Virus record (IMG/VR): IMGVR_UViG_3300023074_000001
Coordinates: 71,655-135,654 of that record
Strand: one strand, 5' to 3'
Length of the DNA: 64,000 bases
Source of the DNA: a virus
Both the position numbers and the translations under genes were made by a program. Of the stretch, positions 44,640 through 54,311 are shown in pieces. Positions within the stretch are counted from its first letter, which is position 1, and each line of letters starts with the position of its first letter. Below the pieces are notes generated by a model, which saw only the letters and a program-made list of their open reading frames with translations, had not been told where the DNA came from and ran no database searches.

Positions 44640-45755
44640 ATGGTACGTGTTTTATTGAAGGCTCCTATGTCTGTCTATACAGGTTATGGAAATGACGGTA
44701 TAGGAATAGCTAGAGCGCTAATAAATAATGGCGTAGATGTCTATCTACAGCCTACTCATGTGGATGCTCCGCTTCCAGAAGATATAGCGCTACTTCTGAC
44801 TAAGCGTCTAGTAGCTCCATTTGATGTAATGATCAATCATGTTGATCCAGCTCAATTAGGAATACTCAAGCAGGAGAAGGCTGCTTGCTCAATAACTATT
44901 GGATGGACAATGTGGGAATACGATAGCCTAGCCAACCTTAAGGGTAAATCTAAGTTACGTAAGGCGTTACAAAATTATGATCTCATTCTAGGGTACGATC
45001 AAATAGCTATTGATGCCTTTAAGCCCTATTTAGGTAATACTGTAGGTGGAGTATTACAAGGTGGGTATCTTCCAGATAAGTGGCTGAAGATAGAACGAGA
45101 CTGGTTCAGTCCTCGATTCGGCTTCGCTATGTGTGGAGTCCTGTCTGACAGAAAAGACCCGTTCGTATCTATCATGGCCTTTAAGGAATTGAAGGAGGAG
45201 TATCCAGAGGAGTTTGAACCAGCAGAATTACATTTAAAGACTACTGTACCCGGCCTTCATTCCATGATGGAGCAATGGGTACCTAAACTACGAGTTCATT
45301 ATGACTCCTGGCCCGAAGATGTATTGAAAGAGTTTTATGGTGCTCAGCATGTATTGCTCGCCCCTTCGCGCGGCGAAGGAAAAAACATGCCAGCTCTAGA
45401 GTTTCAATCTACAGGCGGCGCAGTTATTGCGACTAATTGGGGTGGACATACCGGGTGGCTTTCTTCTGAATATGCTTATCCTCTTGACTATGCTCTTATG
45501 CCTTTAGATGACAATCCTAGAGTAAGAAATGCTCGTGCAGACAAAGATCATATGAAGGCTCTTATGCTACATACTTTTAGAAATAGAGCCGAAGTAAAGC
45601 ATAAAGCAGAATTAGCTGCTGAAGTTATCCCGCAGACGATGAGCTGGGATAAGAAAATAAATACTCTTTTCGAAAAGTTGCCTGAATGGCTTCCTGAGAC
45701 AGGAACAAAGGTTTATCAAAAATTTCTCATGTCAGGAGACAACAGTGGAGTATAA
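44640..45755 (+). CDS. GT-B (GT4-like) glycosyltransferase
   Basis: TGYG; TMWE; RKD; PSRGEG..MP.LE...G..VIAT..GG. Confidence 0.88.
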   Translation: MVRVLLKAPMSVYTGYGNDGIGIARALINNGVDVYLQPTHVDAPLPEDIALLLTKRLVAPFDVMINHVDPAQLGILKQEKAACSITIGWTMWEYDSLANLKGKSKLRKALQNYDLILGYDQIAIDAFKPYLGNTVGGVLQGGYLPDKWLKIERDWFSPRFGFAMCGVLSDRKDPFVSIMAFKELKEEYPEEFEPAELHLKTTVPGLHSMMEQWVPKLRVHYDSWPEDVLKEFYGAQHVLLAPSRGEGKNMPALEFQSTGGAVIATNWGGHTGWLSSEYAYPLDYALMPLDDNPRVRNARADKDHMKALMLHTFRNRAEVKHKAELAAEVIPQTMSWDKKINTLFEKLPEWLPETGTKVYQKFLMSGDNSGV

Positions 45756-46026
45756 CGATAATTCAAATTTTAGATTACCTAAGTATTCTGAGCGTGATCC
45801 TGCATATGTTAAAGATGGTATAGAAGTTAGATGTCCTGGGAAGTTTAAAAAGCTTTTTCTTGTCCTGCTACAAGAACATATGCCTGAACCAGGAATGCTT
45901 ATGGAAATAGCCTGTGCTGATTGTGCTAAACACGCAAGAGCTAACGGTGCTCCAGGGACTAAAAGATTCCTTCATTACTATGATAGTTCTGGAATCTGCG
46001 TCGCTAACAAGGTAACAGCTTACTAA
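45745..46026 (+). CDS. small Cys-containing protein
   Basis: EVRCP..EIAC.DC..H.Y. Confidence 0.6.
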   Translation: MEYNDNSNFRLPKYSERDPAYVKDGIEVRCPGKFKKLFLVLLQEHMPEPGMLMEIACADCAKHARANGAPGTKRFLHYYDSSGICVANKVTAY

Positions 46027-46103
46027 AAAATATTGCCGATTAGTCTAGAGAGAACAATACCTAGGGCCATGTAAGGTTCCTAGATTTAGATAAGGAGTAT
46101 TAC

Positions 46104-46661
46104 ATGGCGGGAACAAATTTCGAAGGCTTCTCAATTTCACATGCAGCTATTCTTAATGGTGCTACTGGTGTTGAAGAAGAATTCGGTGATATCTACGGTG
46201 TACGTTCAGGTACTATTGCTGCTGATACAGGTAACTACGATAACACAGGTGACGACTACGTATTGTCATCTTGGTTCTGGCTGAACTTCGCTACCGTTAC
46301 TGTTGAAGCTGGCTATCTACCGTTCAAGACTATTGCACTTCTTTCAGGTGCAACCCTAACTTCATCAGGAGCAGGTGCAGGAACAACCTATTCAATGGGT
46401 CTATGGGAAGATGATTCTGTAAACCAGCCAGCTCGTCCTATGCTTATTAGAATTCCATCTAAAGACAGTGATGGTCTGGTTCGTGTTATGGACTTCATTC
46501 TTTACAAGGTTATCTTCGGTCCTATCAACTTTACTGGCCCATCTTACAAGTCTGGTTTACTGCTTAACTACACAGGTCGAGCAGTTATCTCAGATAAAGA
46601 CGAAAAGGGTGCTGTACTGACTAAGCGTGCTATTGGTCGTGTAGTTAACCGCGCAGCATAA
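46104..46661 (+). CDS. major tail (tube) protein
   Basis: Position before the chaperone and TMP; TAAGGAG RBS; beta-rich. Confidence 0.8.
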   Translation: MAGTNFEGFSISHAAILNGATGVEEEFGDIYGVRSGTIAADTGNYDNTGDDYVLSSWFWLNFATVTVEAGYLPFKTIALLSGATLTSSGAGAGTTYSMGLWEDDSVNQPARPMLIRIPSKDSDGLVRVMDFILYKVIFGPINFTGPSYKSGLLLNYTGRAVISDKDEKGAVLTKRAIGRVVNRAA

Positions 46662-46701
46662 AATAAATAAAAACTAAGTCCAAGAAGACCAGGAGTCAAT
46701 A

Positions 46702-47247
46702 ATGGCAAAAGCAGCATCTCAAAAAGACGTAGAAGTAATAATTTATGATGGAGAAGTAGTCACTCTAGAGTCAGGTACTCAAGTAAGGCTACTTCCTCTC
46801 AAGGCTCGTCAATTCTTTAAACTTCTTCGTATTGTTACACACGGCGCTAGTGGTTTACTTCTTAATGTAAAGTTCTCAGGTGACGATACCCCTGAGGAGT
46901 TTGGCGCTAAGCTAGCTGCGGTACTGGGTATGGCTATTCCCGATGCAGCAGAAGAAGTTTTCGATTTCCTTCTCTCTATGGTTGAACCTGTTGAGTTCAA
47001 GACGGGTAGGAAACTTACCAAAGAAGAGAAGGAAAAGAACGAGAAACTTAATGAGGATCTATTCTATGAATTAGACAATCCTGAGCTAGAAGATGTTGTT
47101 ACTCTTCTCGAAGCTATCGTAAAGCGAGAAGCAGAGGATCTTCAAGCATTGGGAAAACGTCTAATGTCTCTGTTCAATCTAGCGAACAAGACAGGTCAAA
47201 TTCCAGAGGAAATGATCGAGAAGAAGGAAGTAGCCTCAGCAACGTAA
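46702..47247 (+). CDS. tail assembly chaperone (G)
   Basis: Position; G GGA AAA slippery site at 47151-47157. Confidence 0.8.
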   Translation: MAKAASQKDVEVIIYDGEVVTLESGTQVRLLPLKARQFFKLLRIVTHGASGLLLNVKFSGDDTPEEFGAKLAAVLGMAIPDAAEEVFDFLLSMVEPVEFKTGRKLTKEEKEKNEKLNEDLFYELDNPELEDVVTLLEAIVKREAEDLQALGKRLMSLFNLANKTGQIPEEMIEKKEVASAT

Positions 47248-47705
47248 TTCCTAGCATTCCAGGATTAGATCTAGTCGGACCTATTTCAAGAGTATTTCAT
47301 CTCATCAGTTCAACGTATGGTTGGACTGATGAGATGATTCTTGAATACACGTTGAAACGTATACGTCAAATTATTGCGGTCATCTCTGAAGATAAAATTG
47401 CCCGCAGTAAAGAGGAAAAACTAATGCTATCCTGGCAAACAAGAAGTTTAGCCATGGTTATGGCTGCGTCAGGAGGAAATCCCAGCGAGGACGTTATGAA
47501 GTTTGCTGCTAACTTGACGATAGATAATGAAGAATACCAAGCATTTAATAATGTAGCAGAAATACAAAATACGCCTAAGCCTCCTGTTCACGCAATTACG
47601 CAGGAGGAAGAAGCTGAAAAAAACTTTAATAATGCTGCGGATAAGAACAATCTCGAAATGATGGGATTGTTTGGTATGAAGTTAGCAGAAGGTAAGCCAG
47701 GTTAA
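47151..47705 (+). CDS. tail assembly chaperone -1 frameshift extension (GT)
   Basis: The -1 frame from GGGAAAA is open and in frame with ORF 47334-47705 (YGWTDE.I). Confidence 0.8.
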   Translation, partial: GKTSNVSVQSSEQDRSNSRGNDREEGSSLSNVIPSIPGLDLVGPISRVFHLISSTYGWTDEMILEYTLKRIRQIIAVISEDKIARSKEEKLMLSWQTRSLAMVMAASGGNPSEDVMKFAANLTIDNEEYQAFNNVAEIQNTPKPPVHAITQEEEAEKNFNNAADKNNLEMMGLFGMKLAEGKPG

Positions 47706-47728
47706 AATATACCCAGGAGGTAAACACG

Positions 47729-50700
47729 ATGACATCCCCCGGTGGAGAACACATCAGTCGTTATCGTGCTCTTGGTGAGTTTGATAATCTTATCCGTGAA
47801 GCTAATAAAGCTAAGCGAGCGCTTCGTGAGCTACGAGAAGAAGAAGCTAAGTTAAACGCACAATCTTTATCTGATGATAAAAAGATAACAGCATCTAAGC
47901 TGGAGCGTGCAAAAGCTGAAAAGTCTAGTACTGATTCTGCTAAAAAAGCTACTGCTGATTTAAATCGTGGCGACCAAGCAGGTAAGTCTGGTGAGGATGC
48001 CGGAACATCATATACTCGTGGCCTTGGTAGAGGTATTGATAAAGGCAGGCAGTCACCAGAGAATCGTCGCTTTCTAGATGCAGCAACTCAAGCATTAAAG
48101 GGTGCCTTTGAAAAAGCAGGTACTGACTCTGGTACATCGTTTCAAGGAAACTTCGGGAAAGCATTAAGAGGTTCAGGCGGAAGCTCATCACCTCTTAATG
48201 CTGCTATGACTCAGAAGCTTCGTGAGTTACGTGAGCAAGCTGGTCCTGCTGGTCAGGATACAGGTAATCGTTATGTTATGGGTTTCGCTAGTAAAATTAG
48301 AGACCTCAATAACATTCTTCCACTATTAGGTCAAGATAAGCTTGACCTAAATGTAGACATAACTGATGCACAACAATCGATGAAGGCGCTTGAGTTTGAG
48401 CTTAAGCGTCTATCTCATGTTACCGCTGAACCTCGTGTTCGTATTGACGCTAGTCGCGCACTAGATAATTTACGTGCCATCCAAAAGCTGTTCAAGGATG
48501 AAGTAGCTGAGGACATCATCAAGGAGTCAAGACGTATTCAAGATGAGCTAAAGGTTATCGACAATCTGCCATCTGGTAAGGCTTTTAAGTTCTGGACTCT
48601 TACTGCACTTAGCGATATGAGTCGAGTATTCAAGGAAGCCGACAGAGGCACCTCGGTATTCCAAAGGCTACGTCAGTCTATTGCTGCATCAGGTTCAGGT
48701 GGCGGCGGCAATTATTTCAAGACTTTGATTTCTGGGTTCGATGATCTTTCTGGAGCCAGTTCCAGAGTTCTTCAGAGATTAGGTCGAGTTTCCGGTGAAC
48801 TCTACCGTATGCCTGGAGTTATTGCTGTACTTCTATCTACTATTCCCGCATTAATTAGCGGTCTAGGTGGTCTGGTAGGTGCCGCAGGTAGTGTAGGTAG
48901 CGCATTAGGTTCATTGTCTGGATTCCTTGCGGCAGCACCTGGTCTGTCATTTGCATTTATTGGATCAATAGGCGCTATGTCCGCAACTATAGGTGGGCTA
49001 TCTGATGTATTCAAGAATGCACAGAGGGCAGCCGACGCAGAAGCTGAGGCAAAAGAAAAGTCCCGACTTGGTACAGAGAAGGCTCTTACAGCTGCGCAGA
49101 AATATAAACTAAGTCTTGAATCTTTATCACCTGCTACTGAAGAGGTAACCTTAGCTCTTGTAAAGTTTTCTGAGAAATACGGAGAAGTTCAAAAAAGAGT
49201 TGGCGAAAACTTCTTCAAGGAGATTGCAAAAGATACAGGAAAGCTTAATGAAGTACTTCCTATTTTAGAAAAGTTCTTTGGCAAATCCGCTACTGCTTTA
49301 GGTAAGTTAGCTGACGAAGCTTTAAGAATGATTACTTCAGGACCGTTTAAGCGTGATTTCGGTATCATCGCCGAGAATAATGCTGGATATATTCAAGATA
49401 TGGGTAAAGCAGGTTTGTCTCTTGTTACTTCTTTGAAGAACATAGCTATTGCTGCTGGACCGTTTACTGCTTGGGTAACAGGAGCCTTGAGAGAAGGTGC
49501 GGAGACCTTTGCTGATTGGTCAGCTCAGGCACGCTCAGATGGAACTATTCAAGAATTCCTAGACGAAACTACAGAGTCTGGAAAGATTCTATGGCAGATT
49601 CTTAAGGATCTAGGTAATGTTATTAACTCATTTTTCCAGGCGACAGTAGACGAAGGACAGAGTTATCTTCAAAATCTACAGGACATCACTAGTGGTTGGG
49701 CAGATGTAGCTAAGGCGCAAGAGGGGGCTAATTCTCCTCTACGCACCTGGCTAGTACAAATACGCCCAATTATGGCATCTTTGGGTGAATTAATTTCTGC
49801 ATTGGCTAAGGGTATTGGTGGACTAGCCAGTAATCAAGACAATATCAAGACCATGATTGATTTGCTTGATACGTTGCGTACGAAGGTTCTTCCACCTATT
49901 CTTGATATTCTTCAGCATCTTAATGATTCTGGAATTGCTGTTACGGTAACAGAAGCTATTGGAACATTGCTAGAAGCTATTGCTAAATTCTTGGATAGCG
50001 GCGCTACTACAGCGTTGTCTGTCTTTGTTACAGTACTAGCTAATTTTGCTGAACTAATTTTTAGTTTTGCTAGTTTACCCGTCATCAGTGATATTCTAGG
50101 TGGTTTAGCTTCAGCTATTGCTACCCTAGCTGCGGTATCTATTGTGGCAAGATTTACAGGTCTATTCAAGCTGTGGGACTTCTTTACATGGATGGTACGT
50201 AATAAGGGTAACCTCTCTGGAGCATTCGCTGATGCCGCACGTGGAGCCGCCGGATTATCTCAAGTTGGTGGACAACAGGCGTTACCTTCAAGGGTTCCTT
50301 CACCAGTAACTAGTGTCGGGTCAGACGACTTTATTGTTAATCAGACTAGGGCTACCGAAAAGCTAGGCGAGGCATCTCGCAGGGCTTCTGTTCAGACAGG
50401 TGCATTCAGTAGAACATTATCAGCTATTAGAGTTGCTGGCAATACAGCTCGTACGGCGCTATCTAGTCTATCAGGATTTATAGGCGGCCCCTGGGGTATT
50501 GCTTTAATTGGAGCAACGGTTGCTATTAGTGCAATTACCAGTAAGCTATCTGATAACAAGAGAGAAGCCGAAGATACTAAGACTGCATTCTTAGCCTTGA
50601 AGGGTGCCTACGGAGAGTTAAAAGAAGGTAATACGGAAAGTATCAGTAGCTTGGCTGAAACTGACGAAAAACTGAAAGAGATTATAAACTCAGCTGATAA

Positions 50701-52603
50701 GTATGGGTTAAGTCTTACTGACGTTGCTGGAGCACTGAATAATCAAGAACAAAATCTAAGTAGGTTCAACGCTCAAATTGATACTCAAATTAATGCATTA
50801 GTCAGTGCTAGAGATGCTCAAATTGAATATGCTCGATCAACTGGTGATACTACTGGTGCATTCCAGGCAGATATTGATGTTGTTCAAAAGCAGATTGATA
50901 CTGTTCAAGCATATAAGGACCAGGTTAACTCTACTGCTAAGGCTCAGAATAGACAGAACGAGATCCTTCAAGATTCTACTAAGCTGACAAGAACTTATCA
51001 GCAGAGACTTGCTGGCCTTACTCAGGAGCAGGTTGAAAACTCAGTAAGAGCAGGCGAGATGGATGGAAAAATTCGTCTACTTTCCGGTGCCTTGGATACT
51101 ATGTCTAGTGCTACCTCGTCCGCGAGAGATCGTTCACGTGCATTAGCTAATATCATTTCTCATGAGACTGGAGAGATGGAATCAGCTAATGAGGCAGCCG
51201 AAAACTTTGCTGGTCAAATGCTTAATCTACAAGACGCAGTTAAGGCTAACGGTCGTACTTTAAGTATTCATACTCGTGAGGGCTTGAGAAACCGTGATGC
51301 GCTAGAAGATGCTGCAAAGGCTACTCGTGATCTGTATCTTGAGGATATTGCTTCAGGTCGTCCTATGGACGAATCTATCAAGAGGCATAAAGAGAGAATT
51401 ACTGAGCTTAGAAAAGAAGCGAAGGACCTTAAGTTAAATAAGAAGGAAACTGAAAATCTTATTAAGACTTACGGTGATGTTCCTGATAGCGTAAAGACTG
51501 ATATTCAGTCTGACAATAAGGGATTCGCGCAAGTTTATGCAGATTTAATGAAGCTCCAGGTTATGCAGAAGGCATTGCAAGAAGGTAAGTCTCTAGGTGA
51601 GGCTCAGAAATCTTGGAATGCTGAATCCAGTAAACTTTATCAGCGTTATATTCCACCTAAGGGAGATGGTCCAGGATTCAAGGAAGGCGGCCCTGTTTGG
51701 GGTGCAGGTACTAGGACATCTGACTCTATTAGAGCTTGGTTGTCTAACGGTGAGTTTGTTCAGCCTACAGATGCAGTTGAGCATTACGGAATGCCCATCA
51801 TGGAGGCATTACGTACTAAGAAGCTGGATAAGTCTGCGCTGAATGAAGCATTACCTGATGACAATATGTCAAACTTTAAATCAGGTGGTCACGCACACAG
51901 TACCAATTGTGCTGCTTGTGAATCAGGTGGACATAAGTTTGCCAAGGGTGGTACACCAACTTGGCCTTTCATAGTTACCCCAAAGGGCACAAAGATCGAC
52001 AAGAATTGGGTTAACGAAGGGGCCATGGGTGATATTGGTTCAGGTGTTGGTGGTGGAGGTTATAAGTGGCAGATGGCGGTACTGAGAAAGCAGTTCCCAG
52101 GGTTGCCTTTGATTTCTGGGTTCCGTCCTGGATCTAGAACTCTTTCTGGTAACAGGTCTTATCACTCTGTAGGTAGAGCTGTTGACTTACCTCCACGCCG
52201 TGATGTTGCTGCGTGGATTAGGGCGACTTATGGGTCTAGGACTAAGGAACTTATTACTCCTTATAACGATCTCAACTTACACAACGGTAAGCCACACCGC
52301 TATACTGGAGCTATTTGGAACCAGCACAATTTCGCTGGTGGAAACGCTCACGATCACTGGGCATTCAAGCAGGGTGGTTTGGTTGATCTTATGAATATGA
52401 TGGGAATGGATAATCTTGCTCCGCAGAAGCAGGCACCGTTACCAACTACTCCAAGGTCTCTTTCTCCTGCTGCTAGCTCTGTAGTCAACAACTCAACAAA
52501 CCAGGCAAGGACATTTGGCGATGTTATTATCAACAACCCAATGCCTGAGCGTGCAGGAGATTCAATTCGTGATTCATTGTATCGTACACAGATGCTATTA
52601 TAA
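47729..52603 (+). CDS. tape measure protein with C-terminal peptidoglycan peptidase-like domain
   Basis: 1624 aa helical; GT.TSDSI.A.LSNGEFV; SGFRPG..SYH..GRAVD..HDH. Confidence 0.92.
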   Translation: MTSPGGEHISRYRALGEFDNLIREANKAKRALRELREEEAKLNAQSLSDDKKITASKLERAKAEKSSTDSAKKATADLNRGDQAGKSGEDAGTSYTRGLGRGIDKGRQSPENRRFLDAATQALKGAFEKAGTDSGTSFQGNFGKALRGSGGSSSPLNAAMTQKLRELREQAGPAGQDTGNRYVMGFASKIRDLNNILPLLGQDKLDLNVDITDAQQSMKALEFELKRLSHVTAEPRVRIDASRALDNLRAIQKLFKDEVAEDIIKESRRIQDELKVIDNLPSGKAFKFWTLTALSDMSRVFKEADRGTSVFQRLRQSIAASGSGGGGNYFKTLISGFDDLSGASSRVLQRLGRVSGELYRMPGVIAVLLSTIPALISGLGGLVGAAGSVGSALGSLSGFLAAAPGLSFAFIGSIGAMSATIGGLSDVFKNAQRAADAEAEAKEKSRLGTEKALTAAQKYKLSLESLSPATEEVTLALVKFSEKYGEVQKRVGENFFKEIAKDTGKLNEVLPILEKFFGKSATALGKLADEALRMITSGPFKRDFGIIAENNAGYIQDMGKAGLSLVTSLKNIAIAAGPFTAWVTGALREGAETFADWSAQARSDGTIQEFLDETTESGKILWQILKDLGNVINSFFQATVDEGQSYLQNLQDITSGWADVAKAQEGANSPLRTWLVQIRPIMASLGELISALAKGIGGLASNQDNIKTMIDLLDTLRTKVLPPILDILQHLNDSGIAVTVTEAIGTLLEAIAKFLDSGATTALSVFVTVLANFAELIFSFASLPVISDILGGLASAIATLAAVSIVARFTGLFKLWDFFTWMVRNKGNLSGAFADAARGAAGLSQVGGQQALPSRVPSPVTSVGSDDFIVNQTRATEKLGEASRRASVQTGAFSRTLSAIRVAGNTARTALSSLSGFIGGPWGIALIGATVAISAITSKLSDNKREAEDTKTAFLALKGAYGELKEGNTESISSLAETDEKLKEIINSADKYGLSLTDVAGALNNQEQNLSRFNAQIDTQINALVSARDAQIEYARSTGDTTGAFQADIDVVQKQIDTVQAYKDQVNSTAKAQNRQNEILQDSTKLTRTYQQRLAGLTQEQVENSVRAGEMDGKIRLLSGALDTMSSATSSARDRSRALANIISHETGEMESANEAAENFAGQMLNLQDAVKANGRTLSIHTREGLRNRDALEDAAKATRDLYLEDIASGRPMDESIKRHKERITELRKEAKDLKLNKKETENLIKTYGDVPDSVKTDIQSDNKGFAQVYADLMKLQVMQKALQEGKSLGEAQKSWNAESSKLYQRYIPPKGDGPGFKEGGPVWGAGTRTSDSIRAWLSNGEFVQPTDAVEHYGMPIMEALRTKKLDKSALNEALPDDNMSNFKSGGHAHSTNCAACESGGHKFAKGGTPTWPFIVTPKGTKIDKNWVNEGAMGDIGSGVGGGGYKWQMAVLRKQFPGLPLISGFRPGSRTLSGNRSYHSVGRAVDLPPRRDVAAWIRATYGSRTKELITPYNDLNLHNGKPHRYTGAIWNQHNFAGGNAHDHWAFKQGGLVDLMNMMGMDNLAPQKQAPLPTTPRSLSPAASSVVNNSTNQARTFGDVIINNPMPERAGDSIRDSLYRTQMLL

Positions 52604-52618
52604 GAGGGGAGGATAAAG

Positions 52619-53464
52619 ATGTCTAATTCAAGCGATGAGTATTGGGAGATTAACGGAGTATCGTTAAATCAGTATTGCTGGGCCATCAAGACCTTAGGTG
52701 GTTCTAGATTAGCTGTACCTAAGTTGCGAGGAGATAATACACTTTATCCTTTCCGCGATGGTAGAGCTTTTAGATCTAAGCTGGCTGACTCTAGGATAAT
52801 AACGTTGGCAATGTTCGTAGCCGGAATTGACCCCGCTACGAACAATCCTAGAACCAACGGAAACCAAGATGTGCAATTCAACGATAACTGGAGAACGTTA
52901 CAGAAGCTTTTCTGGTCTCCGTCTCAACAGTTAACTTTAACTCGTAGATGGTGGCAGGGTGCAGCATCTCCTGTATTGAAGGAGGCTACTGCTTTATGTG
53001 AACTAGCAGGAACCATGGACCCTACTATGACAGGAAGAACTAGAGCTGATTTTGCAGTTGACCTACTGCTCTCAGACCCCTATTTCTACGGCCCTGAATT
53101 AACGGTGAATTTAGTTCCGGGCGTCCCCCTAGTAGTGAACAACCCAGGAGATATAGATGTTTATTCAACAATTAAAATACAATTAAACGGTGAACTTGTT
53201 TCTCCTGTAATTACTAACCAGACTGTTCAACCTAATGTATGGGTACGTATCAATACTGCTGTAATAGCTAATCCTGTTAATGTTGATGTAGGGCAATTTA
53301 CTGTAACCAATAGTTTCGACAATACGAATCTTGTAGGAGCAACTACTCATTCAGGAGATAGAGCTTGGTTGAAATTAGCGCCCGGCAATAACACCTTGAA
53401 ACTTACGTCGATAGGTAACAGTACAGGAAATGCCGTTCTAAAGTATAAGCCAGCTTATATTTGA
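52619..53464 (+). CDS. distal tail protein (Dit)
   Basis: Follows TMP; DPYFYG; L.PG.N. Confidence 0.8.
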   Translation: MSNSSDEYWEINGVSLNQYCWAIKTLGGSRLAVPKLRGDNTLYPFRDGRAFRSKLADSRIITLAMFVAGIDPATNNPRTNGNQDVQFNDNWRTLQKLFWSPSQQLTLTRRWWQGAASPVLKEATALCELAGTMDPTMTGRTRADFAVDLLLSDPYFYGPELTVNLVPGVPLVVNNPGDIDVYSTIKIQLNGELVSPVITNQTVQPNVWVRINTAVIANPVNVDVGQFTVTNSFDNTNLVGATTHSGDRAWLKLAPGNNTLKLTSIGNSTGNAVLKYKPAYI

Positions 53465-53483
53465 TCCCCTTGGAGGATAATAA

Positions 53484-54296
53484 ATGAGGTACTATTCTAA
53501 TGTAGCTGTTCTAACTACATTATCTAACGTAGGTGGAATTTCAACTGGAGCAGTTGAAATAACCCCAGCATCAACAACAGGATTCCCTTCCCAATACCCC
53601 TATACTTTACGCCTTGAGCCTGATACTTCCAACGAAGAATTAGTTACAGTAACGGGGCCTAAGGGCGGCGCACCAGGAACATTAATCATTACTCGTGCAT
53701 CCGACGGCACTACAGCAAAAACACATGCTGCTGGATCTCCTATTGTTCATGGAGTATCAGCTCGTGATTTTCAGGAGCCTCAGAATCACATTGCCCTGAC
53801 TACTGTCGCATCCGTTCATGGATTGCCCCAGGCTGCATGGGAGGATGAGTTTACTATCTATAAGGATGTAGATCAGTCTTACAGTTCTGATACGTCGTTA
53901 AACAACGATACTGTTCTTAAATTTAATGCTGAAGCTAATACAAAATATCGAGTTGAACTCTATGCTATGGCATCTGGCTCTGGCGGTAATATTGTATTGG
54001 CGTGGACTGTTCCATCTGGTGCTGGAGGATTGCGTGCAGTACTCGGCCCCGCCGCTAACTCGTCTAATCGTGACGATACTAACGTAAGAGTTGGCGCTCA
54101 CCAGATGAACACAGTAATTTCTTACGGTCTTAATTCTGAAGCAAACTATGTATGTATCCAGGAGAGGTTCGTTGTCTCTATTGCTGCTACTTCAGGTGTG
54201 GTTCAACTTCAGCACGCTCAGCAAGTAACTAATGGATCTAACACAACAATGCGTGCAGCGTCATATATGGTAGTCAGAAAACTTGTAAACAACTAA
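53484..54296 (+). CDS. minor tail protein
   Basis: EELV.VT..R..DGT.A..H.AG; C-terminal domain paralogous to 58975-60054. Confidence 0.75.
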   Translation: MRYYSNVAVLTTLSNVGGISTGAVEITPASTTGFPSQYPYTLRLEPDTSNEELVTVTGPKGGAPGTLIITRASDGTTAKTHAAGSPIVHGVSARDFQEPQNHIALTTVASVHGLPQAAWEDEFTIYKDVDQSYSSDTSLNNDTVLKFNAEANTKYRVELYAMASGSGGNIVLAWTVPSGAGGLRAVLGPAANSSNRDDTNVRVGAHQMNTVISYGLNSEANYVCIQERFVVSIAATSGVVQLQHAQQVTNGSNTTMRAASYMVVRKLVNN

Positions 54297-54311
54297 TAGG
54301 AGTGTAAGACC

